NCBI GenBank assembly: GCA_047947115.1
Contig: CP170459.1
Coordinates: 4,224,001 to 4,288,000, forward strand
Source of the DNA: Verrucomicrobiota bacterium
GTDB lineage: Bacteria > Verrucomicrobiota > Verrucomicrobiia > Limisphaerales > AAA164-E04
Direction of reading: 5' to 3'
DNA length: 64,000 nt
Shown: one piece after another, positions 1 through 10,522 of the stretch
Numbering within the stretch: position 1 is the stretch's first letter
Layout of the letters: each line of letters begins with the position of its first letter
Notes under the pieces: generated by a model
Told to the model about the DNA's origin: nothing
Seen by the model: only the letters and a program-made list of their open reading frames with translations
The model's database searches: none
Position numbers and translations under genes: made by a program

Positions 1-63
1 CGCAAACGATATCCGCTGTTCCAGTGCAACCGCTTTTTGAAAGCGCGGCCTCTCAATCCTTAT

Positions 64-438
64 TATTTCTTACCGTTCCCGGTGTTTCCCGGATCTCCAG
101 GGGAGGTGCCTGGCCCGTCTTTGATGGGGTTCGCCGGGGGGATGGGGATCTTCGCCGTTGCCGACTCCATTGTTGCCTTTGCCGACGGTTCACTGATGGC
201 TGTTGGAATCCCAATCAGTGACGGTGGATTCTGTGTCAGGCACGACGCCTGTCACGGTGGCGGTGTTGGAGTAGAGTCCGTCGGTCACTTTGTAGTCCAC
301 CACTCCTATCGAGATATAGATCCAGATTTCTCCAGTGTCCAGGATGGCGTCGCCATTGGTATCGCCGGTAACGCAGACGGGTTGAAAATCTTCCGTTGGA
401 TCCTCCGGTGTTCGGGCATCATCCACGACATTAACCAC
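64..438 (-). pseudogene. Decayed 3' remnant of a large surface/repeat protein (DUF11-like Ig repeat fragment plus Gly/Asn/Pro-rich tail)
   Basis: ORF 190-438 (GDTNGDAILDTGEIWIY...YSNTATVTG) resembles a surface-protein Ig repeat. The same frame continues past an in-frame TGA as TVGKGNNGVGNGEDPHPPGEP, then after a frameshift reads IKDGPGTSPGDPGNTGNGKK followed by stop codons. Confidence 0.6.
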
Positions 439-771
439 TTCCTGAAGCCAATACCGAAATCAGGTCGGGATCCGTTGTGGCCGCAAAAGATTTCACCCCA
501 CCAGTTGCATCCGTGATCGGCTCCTGAATCAGGTTCGGTTCCGATGGACAAGATGAAGGTTTTTTTCGAGCCGATCCTTGCCTTTCATTACAAATTGAGA
601 CTCGATCCACAAAGCCGTGGGCGCCCCGCCTTCTGGCCGCACTGACCGGCCTGACCGGCGATCCCCGCTCCCCTCATTCGCAGATGATTTCATGGGTGAT
701 CAGCGGGCGGATGGAGTCTGGAGAGTTTAGTATTCGATCAGTTGGTCCAATGAATAATGCTGAGCATAAGC

Positions 772-1587
772 TCAAAACTTCCAGGAAATCCCGGAGAATA
801 CAGTCAAATCTTCCGCGTCATCATTCAACCCCACGAGTGACCCAGCATCCAGTTGCGCGGCATCACTCAAAGCATAGGTGATTCCGCTGCTGAAGTGCGC
901 ACCATAACTGTCGTCACTGCTCACTCCTAAGTATTCGAGATATATACCGATGCGAACCGTCAAATCCAGACCAATGACAGTCGTATGCGACACTTCCCAA
1001 TCCCATTTTCCAGTGGCGCTGTCAAAGATGCGTTGAATTTCCACCTGAGCACCCAGACTCCATTTTTTCCCTGCCCACCAGGCAAACGGAGTCACCATCC
1101 CCCCTTCCCATTCATCATTGCCCAGACGGGATGAAGTCGGAACTTTGACGATGGGCATCAGACCGAAAGCCGTTTCACCTTCATCATTTCCCCAAAGATT
1201 GTATTTCAATCGAAAGACCAGATCACTTGCATCTCTCACGCTTGTCTTTCCACCCGCCGATTTTGTGGTTTCATGCAGGTAAGGTGTCCAGACCATCTGC
1301 AAATCCATCTCATCGGTAAGCCCGTACTTCAAATTGCTTTCCGCAATGCTCAGCACTTCGGTTTGCGTACCTCCGGAATCATCTCTGGACCAACCAAAAA
1401 AGGAAGATTCCAGCTGAAAATGTCCTTTATCCACCGTCACAGGACTTTCGGTTGCATCAGGCCGATCGGTTTCCAGTTCACGCAACGATTGCCCGGTTAA
1501 CACCAAACTACAGAGCATCATCGCAAGGATTCCCGAAAAGCTTCGAATTGATTTTGCGGATCGCGCAAATGATTTGGTCAGCTTCAT
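772..1587 (-). CDS. Outer-membrane beta-barrel 'transporter' (Phenol_MetA_deg-like family)
   Basis: Signal peptide, N-terminal ETDRPDATESPxTV motif, amphipathic strands, C-terminal aromatic signature GISWKF. Confidence 0.8.
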   Translation of the reverse strand: MKLTKSFARSAKSIRSFSGILAMMLCSLVLTGQSLRELETDRPDATESPVTVDKGHFQLESSFFGWSRDDSGGTQTEVLSIAESNLKYGLTDEMDLQMVWTPYLHETTKSAGGKTSVRDASDLVFRLKYNLWGNDEGETAFGLMPIVKVPTSSRLGNDEWEGGMVTPFAWWAGKKWSLGAQVEIQRIFDSATGKWDWEVSHTTVIGLDLTVRIGIYLEYLGVSSDDSYGAHFSSGITYALSDAAQLDAGSLVGLNDDAEDLTVFSGISWKF

Positions 1588-1830
1588 GTTGTTTATTATT
1601 TAAAACATTATTAGCCTTATCTAACTTTTGTGAGACCAGAGTAAGCATGCCAATCAATCGGTCAATCATAATTGAAAGTTTATCTGGAAAAAACAAAATG
1701 ACATTGCCGCATCGATGCAGGTTATTCCAAGGTGTCACCACCTTGGGGCGATTTACGGGATGGATGCAGTTAAAATATCATTGGCAATTCGCTGTTTTTG
1801 ATGCCATGTTTCACGAGCATCATCAGTAAT

Positions 1831-4290
1831 ATGAACACACGTAAGTCCTTAAACGTATTGTTAACCACTTGCCTGCTGTTATCGACCCCAGGCCTCGACA
1901 CAAATGCAGATGAGTTAAGACTCAAATGGAACCTGCCGCCTGGAAGTAAGGATTTTCTAGCCACAGACAATGCACAAAGAGGCGCGGCATACAACCCGGC
2001 ATCCGACAACGTGCTAGTGGTGAGTCGAACCGGAGAAACCACCGTATATGTTCTTTCCGGTGCGGATGGTTCGGAACTCTATACGCTGGACAATGATCCC
2101 TCGATCATCAAAGCCGGAACCTTTACGCTGAACTTGGTGGGCGTTGCCGATGATGGAGTGGTATACGCCGGTAATCTCAGCACCAGTGCCGCAAACCCAA
2201 ATTACAAACTCTACCGATGGGAGGATGACAGTTTCAACGCATTCCCCATTGTGGCATTCGGAGATGATGAAGGAGGCGATCCGGGATTGAGTATACCCGA
2301 TGCCGACAATGCCCAGCGCTGGGGGGATTCAATGGATGTCCGGGGCAGTGGTCGTGACACACAAATACTGCTGGCATCGCGTTCGGGCACTCAAGCATCG
2401 ATCCTGACCACTACTGACGGAGAAACTTTCACCCCCAACGCTATCCTGATCGAAGGCATCCCGGCCGGCGGCATCGGATTAGGTGTCGCTTTCGGAAAAG
2501 GGAACACCTTTTATGGATCGACCGTAAACGGACCCGTTTACCTGATTGAATATGATTTAATCACCGGAACAGGCAGTGTCATTGGCACTTACCCCAACAC
2601 CATTGTATCTGGAGGAACGGCTCCGTTGGGATCGGATCCCGGCTCCGATTACCTTGCCGGACTGAACGTGGGAACGCATCAGGTCACCCTGTACAACATC
2701 AGTGATGCGCCCGATGCGCCGGTATTTCAAGCCGCGTATTTGATGCCCGTCTCAAATGCCAACGCCAACGGAACCGGCGCTGTGGATGTGGCAAATCAGG
2801 TGTTGATTTCGCTGGACACAAATAATGGTCTCTCAGTGTGGGAAATTGTTGCATCCGACGAACGACTTGCTCCGGAGATCGTTACCCCCCCTTTCAGTCA
2901 ATCTATATTGGAAACCGCAAGCGTTACTTTTTCCGTCGCGGTGACAGGTACACCACCTTTCAACTACCAATGGTTCAAGGACGGCCAGGCAATCGCTGGC
3001 GCCAATCAATCCACTTTGGAATTCAGCAAAGCCGCCCCGAACGACGCTGGTTTCTACCATGTTGAAATCAGCAACGAGACAGGCAGAGCCACCAGCGACG
3101 AGGTGGAATTCGTCGTAAACCCCCTGATCGATTCATCCAAGGTAAAGGAACTATGGTCATTGGAGCCTGGATCACGCTCTTATCTGACGACAGATAATAC
3201 ACAACGCGGCATGACCTTCAACCCTGCCACCGGCAACATCATCATTGCCAGCCGGTCCGGCGGCAATCATATGGTGGTGTTGAACGGAGAAACCGGTGAA
3301 GAACTGCATGAGATGGATACCGATTCAAGCATCCTGGTACAGGGGCTTTTCAAACTCAACATGATCGCTTCCAGTGATGATGGAGCGGTTTTTGCAGGCA
3401 ATCTGACCTTGAACGGCAGCGACACCAACACCCCTTACGCACTCTATATCTGGACAAACGACAGTGCCGATGCCGTTCCGGAAATAGCGTTCGAAGGAGA
3501 TCCGGGTGACGGGATTGCTGAACGTTGGGGAGATTCCATCGATGCGCGCGGCAGCGGCAATGAGCGACAGGTGATGATCGGCTCCCGCTCCGGTTCAAAA
3601 GCCGTGGTGTTCACGACTCAGGATGGAATCCTATTCGAGCCGCACCTATTGGAAGGCACTCAGGGAGGGATTGGACTGGCCTTTGGCAAGGGAGACACCT
3701 TTTGGACAAAAGCACCGGGGGGATCATTGAACCACTATTTCTTTGACCTCTCCAGCAACACAGCCACCTTGCTCCATCAATATCAAGCGCCGGGGGAAAT
3801 GCCGGCTGCCATGGTACCGATCGGATTTTCTCCCGAAACCGGATTGTTGGCTGGCATCGAAATAGCTACACCAGACAATCTGAAGATCTATGACCTTTCG
3901 AATCCGGATCAAGCTCCCGCACTGATCATCGAAAAACTCTTCCCAACCGACAACGCAAACGGCAACAACGTGGGAGCCGTTTCCTTTGGGCCAAACCGTC
4001 TCTTTGCATTGAACACCAACAATGGATTGCTGGCCTTTGAACTGAATCTGAATGCGGTGGATGCCCAGCCAGCCAAACTAACCCAAATAACGTTGATGCC
4101 GAATACGGGAATCACAATCCAATACGAAGGCACCCCAAACACAGAATACGTCCTGGAGGCGAGCAGTGACTTTCTTTCCTGGACCACGGTTCAGACATTC
4201 AACACCAATGAAACGGGAAATGGCATCGTCGCTGAAAACGATGCAAGGACTCAACACGACACACGTTTTTACCGAATCATCTTACCCTGA
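1831..4290 (+). CDS. Large secreted protein: two DUF4623-like propeller repeats, Ig domain, C-terminal FYR module
   Basis: Signal peptide. Duplicated domain (TDNAQRGAAYNP / TDNTQRGMTFNP; RWGDSMDVRGSG / RWGDSIDARGSG). Ig motif VTFSVAVTGTPPFNYQWFKDG. Ends RFYRIILP. ATG 1831 chosen as the likely start. Confidence 0.75.
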   Translation: MNTRKSLNVLLTTCLLLSTPGLDTNADELRLKWNLPPGSKDFLATDNAQRGAAYNPASDNVLVVSRTGETTVYVLSGADGSELYTLDNDPSIIKAGTFTLNLVGVADDGVVYAGNLSTSAANPNYKLYRWEDDSFNAFPIVAFGDDEGGDPGLSIPDADNAQRWGDSMDVRGSGRDTQILLASRSGTQASILTTTDGETFTPNAILIEGIPAGGIGLGVAFGKGNTFYGSTVNGPVYLIEYDLITGTGSVIGTYPNTIVSGGTAPLGSDPGSDYLAGLNVGTHQVTLYNISDAPDAPVFQAAYLMPVSNANANGTGAVDVANQVLISLDTNNGLSVWEIVASDERLAPEIVTPPFSQSILETASVTFSVAVTGTPPFNYQWFKDGQAIAGANQSTLEFSKAAPNDAGFYHVEISNETGRATSDEVEFVVNPLIDSSKVKELWSLEPGSRSYLTTDNTQRGMTFNPATGNIIIASRSGGNHMVVLNGETGEELHEMDTDSSILVQGLFKLNMIASSDDGAVFAGNLTLNGSDTNTPYALYIWTNDSADAVPEIAFEGDPGDGIAERWGDSIDARGSGNERQVMIGSRSGSKAVVFTTQDGILFEPHLLEGTQGGIGLAFGKGDTFWTKAPGGSLNHYFFDLSSNTATLLHQYQAPGEMPAAMVPIGFSPETGLLAGIEIATPDNLKIYDLSNPDQAPALIIEKLFPTDNANGNNVGAVSFGPNRLFALNTNNGLLAFELNLNAVDAQPAKLTQITLMPNTGITIQYEGTPNTEYVLEASSDFLSWTTVQTFNTNETGNGIVAENDARTQHDTRFYRIILP

Positions 4291-4335
4291 ATACACGAAC
4301 GCATTCATTCTAGGGAGGATGATGCCCAAAGCCCC

Positions 4336-5163
4336 TCACATCAAAGAGGGGTCCACCTCCTGGGCACCCCATAGTTGACGCCCTTCCATGCCTCCGGAAA
4401 CCACTACCCTTTCTCCTGTGATGTGACCGGCAAGACGGTCGGAAGCAAGAAAGACCACCATATTGGCAATATCATCGGGACGGGCCACCTTGGGCAGAGA
4501 AAGAGTAGCAGCGACTTTACGGGCCGTCTCCTCATCCATCAACTTTGAAGCGGTTCGTGGGACCACGGTCCACCCGGGACAAACACAATTGATGCGTCCT
4601 CCGCAATAATCCTGAGTATGCGGAGCCAGGCGCCCCAATTCGTTTTTAATTGTTGAGGTCAGACCGTAAGCCAACGCCGATTTGGCAGCCGCATAATCCG
4701 CGTGCCCAGCCTCGCCAAATACCGCGGCGGTGGAAGCGATCAACACCGCATTTCCGCGTTGGGTCTGTTCGACGTGTTGCAGGAAGGCGCGCAAACTGAG
4801 AAACACCCCCGTCAACAAGTTATCCAATGTAGCCTGCCACTGTGCCAGAGACATTTGATGCATCGGCACATCCCGCAATTCCCACGCACCGGCATTTGCT
4901 ACCAATGTATCGATTCGACCAAAATGCTTCAGGGCCCGTTGAAAAAGCGCTTCGGTCTCATCTTCCCTGCTTAAATCCGCTTGCAGGGTCAGGCATTCAA
5001 CATCGCCCAGTTCCTGCTTCAATTGTTCAACGGCAGTTCGATTGGAGCGATAATGCAATATCACATGGGTCCCTTCGGCGGCAAAGGCTCGTGCAATTCC
5101 GGATCCAATCCCGCCCGAAGCTCCAGTCACCAAAACGACTTTGTTTTTTAATCCGCTGTTCAT
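4336..5163 (-). CDS. SDR family NAD(P)-dependent oxidoreductase
   Basis: TGASGGIG Rossmann motif, NAG, catalytic YAAAK, PG motif. Confidence 0.92.
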   Translation of the reverse strand: MNSGLKNKVVLVTGASGGIGSGIARAFAAEGTHVILHYRSNRTAVEQLKQELGDVECLTLQADLSREDETEALFQRALKHFGRIDTLVANAGAWELRDVPMHQMSLAQWQATLDNLLTGVFLSLRAFLQHVEQTQRGNAVLIASTAAVFGEAGHADYAAAKSALAYGLTSTIKNELGRLAPHTQDYCGGRINCVCPGWTVVPRTASKLMDEETARKVAATLSLPKVARPDDIANMVVFLASDRLAGHITGERVVVSGGMEGRQLWGAQEVDPSLM

Positions 5164-5217
5164 GAATGCCACAAAAGGGTTCTTACCATGCAACCGGCTG
5201 ACTCGGCATCCATCGGA

Positions 5218-6057
5218 CTACCGAATGAGGTTCGAATCCCTCAACCATTCCACGGCAGCATCAGGCCAAGCGCGCGCTTCACCTTCAGAATGCAAACCGT
5301 AGCCATGACCTCCGGTGGCGTATAGCTTAAATGCATGGTGTTTTCCGGCTTTTATTAAAGCTCTGGAATAAATCTTACTGCCGACCACGTGTGTCTTGTC
5401 ATCCTCACTGTGAATGATCAGTGTTGGAGGAATGTCTGCTTCAAGATCGAGATCTGTGGAAACGCCCCCTTGTTTATCGTTCAGGTAGGCAGGATAAACA
5501 AGCATGACAAAATCAGGACGACAGCTGATATCATCGATTTGATCCAACGACGCGTAAGCCGGCTGTGCAAAATGATGGCTTGACCTGGCAGCAACATGTC
5601 CCCCCGCGGAAAATCCGATCACCCCGATTCTCTCCGGATCTCCCCCCCATTGCGAAGCATTGGCGCGCGCGATCCGAATGGCGCGTTGGACATCCTGAAG
5701 CGCACCATCTCTGTTATTGGGGGTGCGATATTTTAAAACCAATGCCATGATTCCAGCCTGATTGAATCGCTTTGCAATCTGTGAGCCTTCCTTGTCAACA
5801 ACCGTATAACGGTAACCACCTCCTGGACAAACAATCAAAACAGGAGCAGGATTTTCCGGGTCCAGTTTAGTTTGAAACAAAGTCAAGGTGGGACGACTCA
5901 CATTGGTGATGCGCTGGAATCCATCATCACGCTTCACTTCTGATTCAGGTTCATTGGCGACCTCTCCTGGCACTTGCCCTTTGGGCCAAACATCCAGGAC
6001 AAGTTCGTCGGCACACAATGACAAAGATGCCATCATCATTAGAAAGAATCGAATCAT
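5218..6057 (-). CDS. Secreted alpha/beta hydrolase (acetyl/feruloyl esterase-like)
   Basis: Signal peptide, CPGGGY oxyanion motif, GFSAG nucleophile, GGHGYG catalytic His region. Confidence 0.88.
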   Translation of the reverse strand: MIRFFLMMMASLSLCADELVLDVWPKGQVPGEVANEPESEVKRDDGFQRITNVSRPTLTLFQTKLDPENPAPVLIVCPGGGYRYTVVDKEGSQIAKRFNQAGIMALVLKYRTPNNRDGALQDVQRAIRIARANASQWGGDPERIGVIGFSAGGHVAARSSHHFAQPAYASLDQIDDISCRPDFVMLVYPAYLNDKQGGVSTDLDLEADIPPTLIIHSEDDKTHVVGSKIYSRALIKAGKHHAFKLYATGGHGYGLHSEGEARAWPDAAVEWLRDSNLIR

Positions 6058-6175
6058 ACCTCATGATATCCAGGCCCGGACAAAGATTTCAAGTCGGCCA
6101 GGTGCTTTTGTGACGCAGAAGTTTTTCTGAAATGACTTGTGGCAAACGCCATAGTCCAATCAGTTCATCCCGACC

Positions 6176-6235
6176 AATAAAAGAAAACGGGCCCTGCGGC
6201 GACACACGGTAAGCAACGCCAACAAGACCCGTTCC
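6176..6235 (-). terminator. Probable intrinsic terminator of the 11744-6362 operon
   Basis: On the minus strand AACGGGTCTTG...CAGGGCCCGTT forms a stem (with G-U pairs) followed by TTCTTTT. Confidence 0.55.
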
Positions 6236-6361
6236 AAGCTGTTCCGCCACTCGGCGGTGCTTTGTTAATTTGACTCAAGCAAAGCGCCAGGTAGCTCTGC
6301 GTGTGAAGCTTCACTAGCTGGCGTTGAGATATCGTGTCTGGCAATCAACACTTTCGTGCAA

Positions 6362-9300
6362 CTATCGAGACCTGAAGTAGGCCTGGCCTTGATCGGCTGG
6401 CACAGTGTAAGGACTGGTCGCACTGTCAACAGGTGTCCAGGGACCACTGATCGATCCGGCTGTTTCCAACACGGAACCTTCATAGGTAATGGTCACTTGT
6501 CCCCCATCGGCTGCAATCGAGATGGAACTGGGGATGGCTTCGTGCACGATCAAATTATCGATCGCCCACCACCAGTCGTTACCTGCGTCGAAGTAACCAA
6601 AGGTCAAGGTTACGTTTTTCGCACCGGCTGGATTATCCAACGATAGAATCACATTTTCATTCGGGGTATGATCCTTGAAGTTGGGGCTGTCGGAATTCGA
6701 TTCCCACAACATGACTTGCACAGGATCAGCGCCATCATAAGAAGCCATGATATTGGCAGTCTGGTGATAGTTGCTGTCATACTCAGGACGCCAGGAAGAA
6801 TCAAACTGCAATTGCAAGGCACCGGCAGTTGCGCCGGTTATGTTCACATCCCAGGAAAGGAAGGTGTTGACATAACCTTCAGCGTGAGGCTGATCATCCC
6901 ATTCGTCACCATCAGCAATGGCAACGGTTCCGACACCATTTACGAACTCACTGCGACGTTGATCACCCGCAGTTTGAACCCACCAGTCTTTGTTGGCGAA
7001 ACTCCAACCAGCCCATTCGGTCACACCGTCCGTGTCGTCATTGCCAACACCAGCCACACCGGAATCATCGATGGACATGTTGTAAGGAGTTGATTTGGTC
7101 CAAACATCATCAGCGGCGACTTCTTCATTCACGCTGCTGCCCAGGGTCAGGCGTTCGAAGTTTTCGAAACCATACACACCTGGCTCAAGAACGTGTTGGT
7201 AGGCACCTTCTTCGATTCGGACGTTATCAATTGCCCACCACCAGTCGTTGCCGGCATCGAAGTAACCGAAGGTCACCACCATGCTCTTGGCTCCTTCAGG
7301 ATTGCCAAGAGGAACCATCACGCTGTCGTTGGTTGCATTGGGTTTGTAGTAAGGGCTGTCTTCATTGGATTCCCAAAGCATCACTTGAACAGGTTCGCCA
7401 CCATCATAGGAAACGGTCACGTTCGCGGTCTGATGATAGTTACTGTCATATTCAGGACGCCAGGAGGAGTCGAAGTACAGGGCCAATGAACGGGCTGAGG
7501 CGGAAGAAACATCCACGGTCCAGCTCATGAAGGTATCCATGAAACCTTCGGCGTGAGGTTGATCATCCCATTCGTCACCATCAGCGATGGCAATTGTTCC
7601 GGAAGCTTTGGTGAATTCGCTGCGACGTTGGTCACCGGCGGTTTGAGCCCACCAGTCTTTGTCTGCGAAACTCCATCCGGCCCACTCGGTCACACCGTCG
7701 GTGGCGTCATTGCCCACACCGGGAACACCTGAATCATCGATGCTCCAACCTTCAGGAGCAGTCTTGGTCCAAACGTTGTCGGCAGCCACTTCTTCGTTCA
7801 CACTGGAACCAAGGGTTAATCCCTCGAAATCCTGTGAAGCGAATGAAGGCGCTTGCGGCAAAACACCATAAACTTCGATGTTATCAATGGCCCACCACCA
7901 GTTGTTTCCGGCGTCATAATAACGGAACGACAAGCTCATCGTGCTGGCTCCGGCCGGAGCGTCGATGGCGATGGTCACCGTGTCGTTCGGAGCATGGTCC
8001 TTGTAGTTAGGATCGTTGGATTCGGAACGGAACTCAGCGATCTGCACAGGCTCAGCTCCATCAAAGGAGGCCTCGATCAGACCAGTTTGGATCACTTCAG
8101 GTCTCCAACTGCTGTTGAAGCGAAGAACCAGTGTTCCCTGTTCCACCTCAGCGATGGAAATGGCAGGAGTGATGATTTTGGTGTCCATGGTTCCGAGTCC
8201 GGATGGGCTCCCTTTGTCGTCCCATTCGTCACCGTCGGCGATGGCCACGGTTCCGGTTCCCTTGGTGAATTCGGTCCGGCGTTGATCACCTGCGGTGTTA
8301 GCCCACCATTCACGATTGGCAAAAGTCCAGCCTTCCCATTCACGAACACCGACTTCGTCGTCGTCCAGACCTGGCAGATCATTCACACGATCCCAGCCGC
8401 TGGGCAGTGTGTCGGTCCATACTTCATCGCCAGCAACGCCTTCATCAACGTTGGCGCCGAGGGGCAAGCCTTCGAAACCTTCGAAGAAGATCAAAGAACC
8501 AGGGATAGCTTCTTTCACCTCCAGCAAAGCGCTGGAGGATTCAGGAGTAGAACCACCAGCATTGCTCACCACAACACTGTAATTTCCTACATTGGCAGCT
8601 TTGGCATTTGAAATGGTCAAAGTGTCAGTGTTTTCATTGGATGATGATGTGGCAATGGATTCGCCCTTGAAGAACCATTCATAAGTGAAGGGGCCGGAAC
8701 CATCAACGGTCACAGAGAAGGTCGCTTCAGAACCTTCGGTGACTTCAGTAGGAGCAGGAGAGCTCACCAAAGTAGGAGGTGCGGCGCCTGCATTCAAAAC
8801 CAAGTTATCAATGGCCCACCACCAGTCATTACCGGCGTCAAACATGCCGAACTTCAAGGAAACGGAATCGACACCAGCAGGATTATCGAGCTGTATGATG
8901 ATTGTTTCGTTCGGAGCATGATCGTGGTAGTTCGGACTGGCTGGATCAGAGACCCAGCGGAGGATTTCAACGGAATCTCCGTTGCTGTAGGTGGCAACAA
9001 TGTTACCGCTCTGACGATAATTGCTGTCAAACTCGGGTCGCCAGCTGGAAGCGAATTGGATGTAAGCAGATCTGGGAGCAACACCAGCAAGGGAAATTTC
9101 AGGTGTTGTCACGTATGTTTCATACCATCCGTTTTCTGCGGAATCAGCGTGAGGTTGATCATCCCATTCGTCGGGATCAGCCACCATGACTGTTCCGGTA
9201 GCAAGAACGAATTCACTGCGGCGCTGATCGCCAGCAGCCTCTATCCACCAATCTTTATCAGCAAAACTCCAACCCGCCCATTCGGTCACACCATCGGTTT

Positions 9301-10459
9301 CATCATCACCAGCACCTGGGACACCACTGTCATCGACATCTCCCCAACCTTCAGGTCCCTTACGGCTCCATGCTGTGTCAGATTCAAGAGATTCATCTTC
9401 GTTAGGTCCAAGGACAACAGATTCGAAATCTTCGTAGTAAATGGCAGCATCAAAAGCATGCTCGGCTGTCTGCTCGCCAGCTTTGTCGTCTGAATAAGTG
9501 ATGGTCAGGGTGTGCTTGGATCCGGGAGCAAAAGGCTGATCGCGGTCTACCAACACAATAAAATCATCACCTGATTTGCTGATGGAAGGACTCTGCACTT
9601 CACCGTCCAAGGTAAGCACAATGCTATCCTGATCGATGGAGGTGCTTCCCTGATTCAAAGTAATACCCACATCTGTGGATCGTGAAGCCACATTGCCAGA
9701 AGGCAACCAGTTGACGATGTATGATGGAACATCAGGAAGCGTTTCAGGAATACCTGCTGCTGTTGGAGTGCCCAAGGCAAAGGCTTGTCCGGCACTGATG
9801 GCGCCTTCTCTCAATTGGATGCTGTTGACATAACCTTCCTTGGTAGGTCCAAACAAAAGGACGTCGAGTTGCGAGTCAATTGTCTGAGGGCCAAAATCCA
9901 CTAGGTCTCCAGGGATCGACCAGGTGGCAGTCGGTTTGCCGTCCAAATATCCGGAAACGAGCTGTGAGCTGTGATCAATGGTGAAGATAATTCGGTGCCA
10001 GGTATCAGGCTGGACTTCACCACCTCCATTAACACCTACGACTGTGTTATTTCCTCCCACTAGTAATTCTGGTCCCGCATAATCAGGATTCAAGTCAGCC
10101 AATCCACGTTCGGATGAATTTGAGGCAAGAGGATAATACACATCAAACATGATCGTGTAGGTGTTCGGATCAGCCATGTTGTTGAAAACAGGAAGGGTGA
10201 AACCCGTATCCGCTTCCGTGATTTCGGGAAATTTCAGGACTTGAGCCTCCTCGCCGTTGATATCACCAATACCGAAGGATGTGGTGGTGCCGAAAGTGCC
10301 TTTGGCAAAGAATTCGGTGATCGGGTCACCGCCATTGGCACTGTTGTAGTTTCCGTCAAACTGCCAGAGGCCCACTTGCTGGGCCTGGGCTGACAGCCCG
10401 ATTCCGATGGTCGCCGCGAGCAGCGCCATAGAACTTAGTATTTGTTTTATGGTTATCAT
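6362..10459 (-). CDS. 1365-aa secreted protein: LamG-like domain, Ig domains, four acidic Trp-rich repeats, C-terminal YFR module
   Basis: Signal peptide. LamG-like WHRIIFT..GYLDG. Four repeats containing EWxGWxFAxxxWW, AGDQRRxEF, DxDEWDD, FxSSWRPE and AGNxWWWAIDN. Ends AYFRSR. Confidence 0.8.
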   Translation of the reverse strand: MITIKQILSSMALLAATIGIGLSAQAQQVGLWQFDGNYNSANGGDPITEFFAKGTFGTTTSFGIGDINGEEAQVLKFPEITEADTGFTLPVFNNMADPNTYTIMFDVYYPLASNSSERGLADLNPDYAGPELLVGGNNTVVGVNGGGEVQPDTWHRIIFTIDHSSQLVSGYLDGKPTATWSIPGDLVDFGPQTIDSQLDVLLFGPTKEGYVNSIQLREGAISAGQAFALGTPTAAGIPETLPDVPSYIVNWLPSGNVASRSTDVGITLNQGSTSIDQDSIVLTLDGEVQSPSISKSGDDFIVLVDRDQPFAPGSKHTLTITYSDDKAGEQTAEHAFDAAIYYEDFESVVLGPNEDESLESDTAWSRKGPEGWGDVDDSGVPGAGDDETDGVTEWAGWSFADKDWWIEAAGDQRRSEFVLATGTVMVADPDEWDDQPHADSAENGWYETYVTTPEISLAGVAPRSAYIQFASSWRPEFDSNYRQSGNIVATYSNGDSVEILRWVSDPASPNYHDHAPNETIIIQLDNPAGVDSVSLKFGMFDAGNDWWWAIDNLVLNAGAAPPTLVSSPAPTEVTEGSEATFSVTVDGSGPFTYEWFFKGESIATSSSNENTDTLTISNAKAANVGNYSVVVSNAGGSTPESSSALLEVKEAIPGSLIFFEGFEGLPLGANVDEGVAGDEVWTDTLPSGWDRVNDLPGLDDDEVGVREWEGWTFANREWWANTAGDQRRTEFTKGTGTVAIADGDEWDDKGSPSGLGTMDTKIITPAISIAEVEQGTLVLRFNSSWRPEVIQTGLIEASFDGAEPVQIAEFRSESNDPNYKDHAPNDTVTIAIDAPAGASTMSLSFRYYDAGNNWWWAIDNIEVYGVLPQAPSFASQDFEGLTLGSSVNEEVAADNVWTKTAPEGWSIDDSGVPGVGNDATDGVTEWAGWSFADKDWWAQTAGDQRRSEFTKASGTIAIADGDEWDDQPHAEGFMDTFMSWTVDVSSASARSLALYFDSSWRPEYDSNYHQTANVTVSYDGGEPVQVMLWESNEDSPYYKPNATNDSVMVPLGNPEGAKSMVVTFGYFDAGNDWWWAIDNVRIEEGAYQHVLEPGVYGFENFERLTLGSSVNEEVAADDVWTKSTPYNMSIDDSGVAGVGNDDTDGVTEWAGWSFANKDWWVQTAGDQRRSEFVNGVGTVAIADGDEWDDQPHAEGYVNTFLSWDVNITGATAGALQLQFDSSWRPEYDSNYHQTANIMASYDGADPVQVMLWESNSDSPNFKDHTPNENVILSLDNPAGAKNVTLTFGYFDAGNDWWWAIDNLIVHEAIPSSISIAADGGQVTITYEGSVLETAGSISGPWTPVDSATSPYTVPADQGQAYFRSR

Positions 10460-10522
10460 GTTCTATATAGCAATATGAATATATTGGGTATGAGGGATGT
10501 AAGAAAAAGCTGTGCTTAGCCC

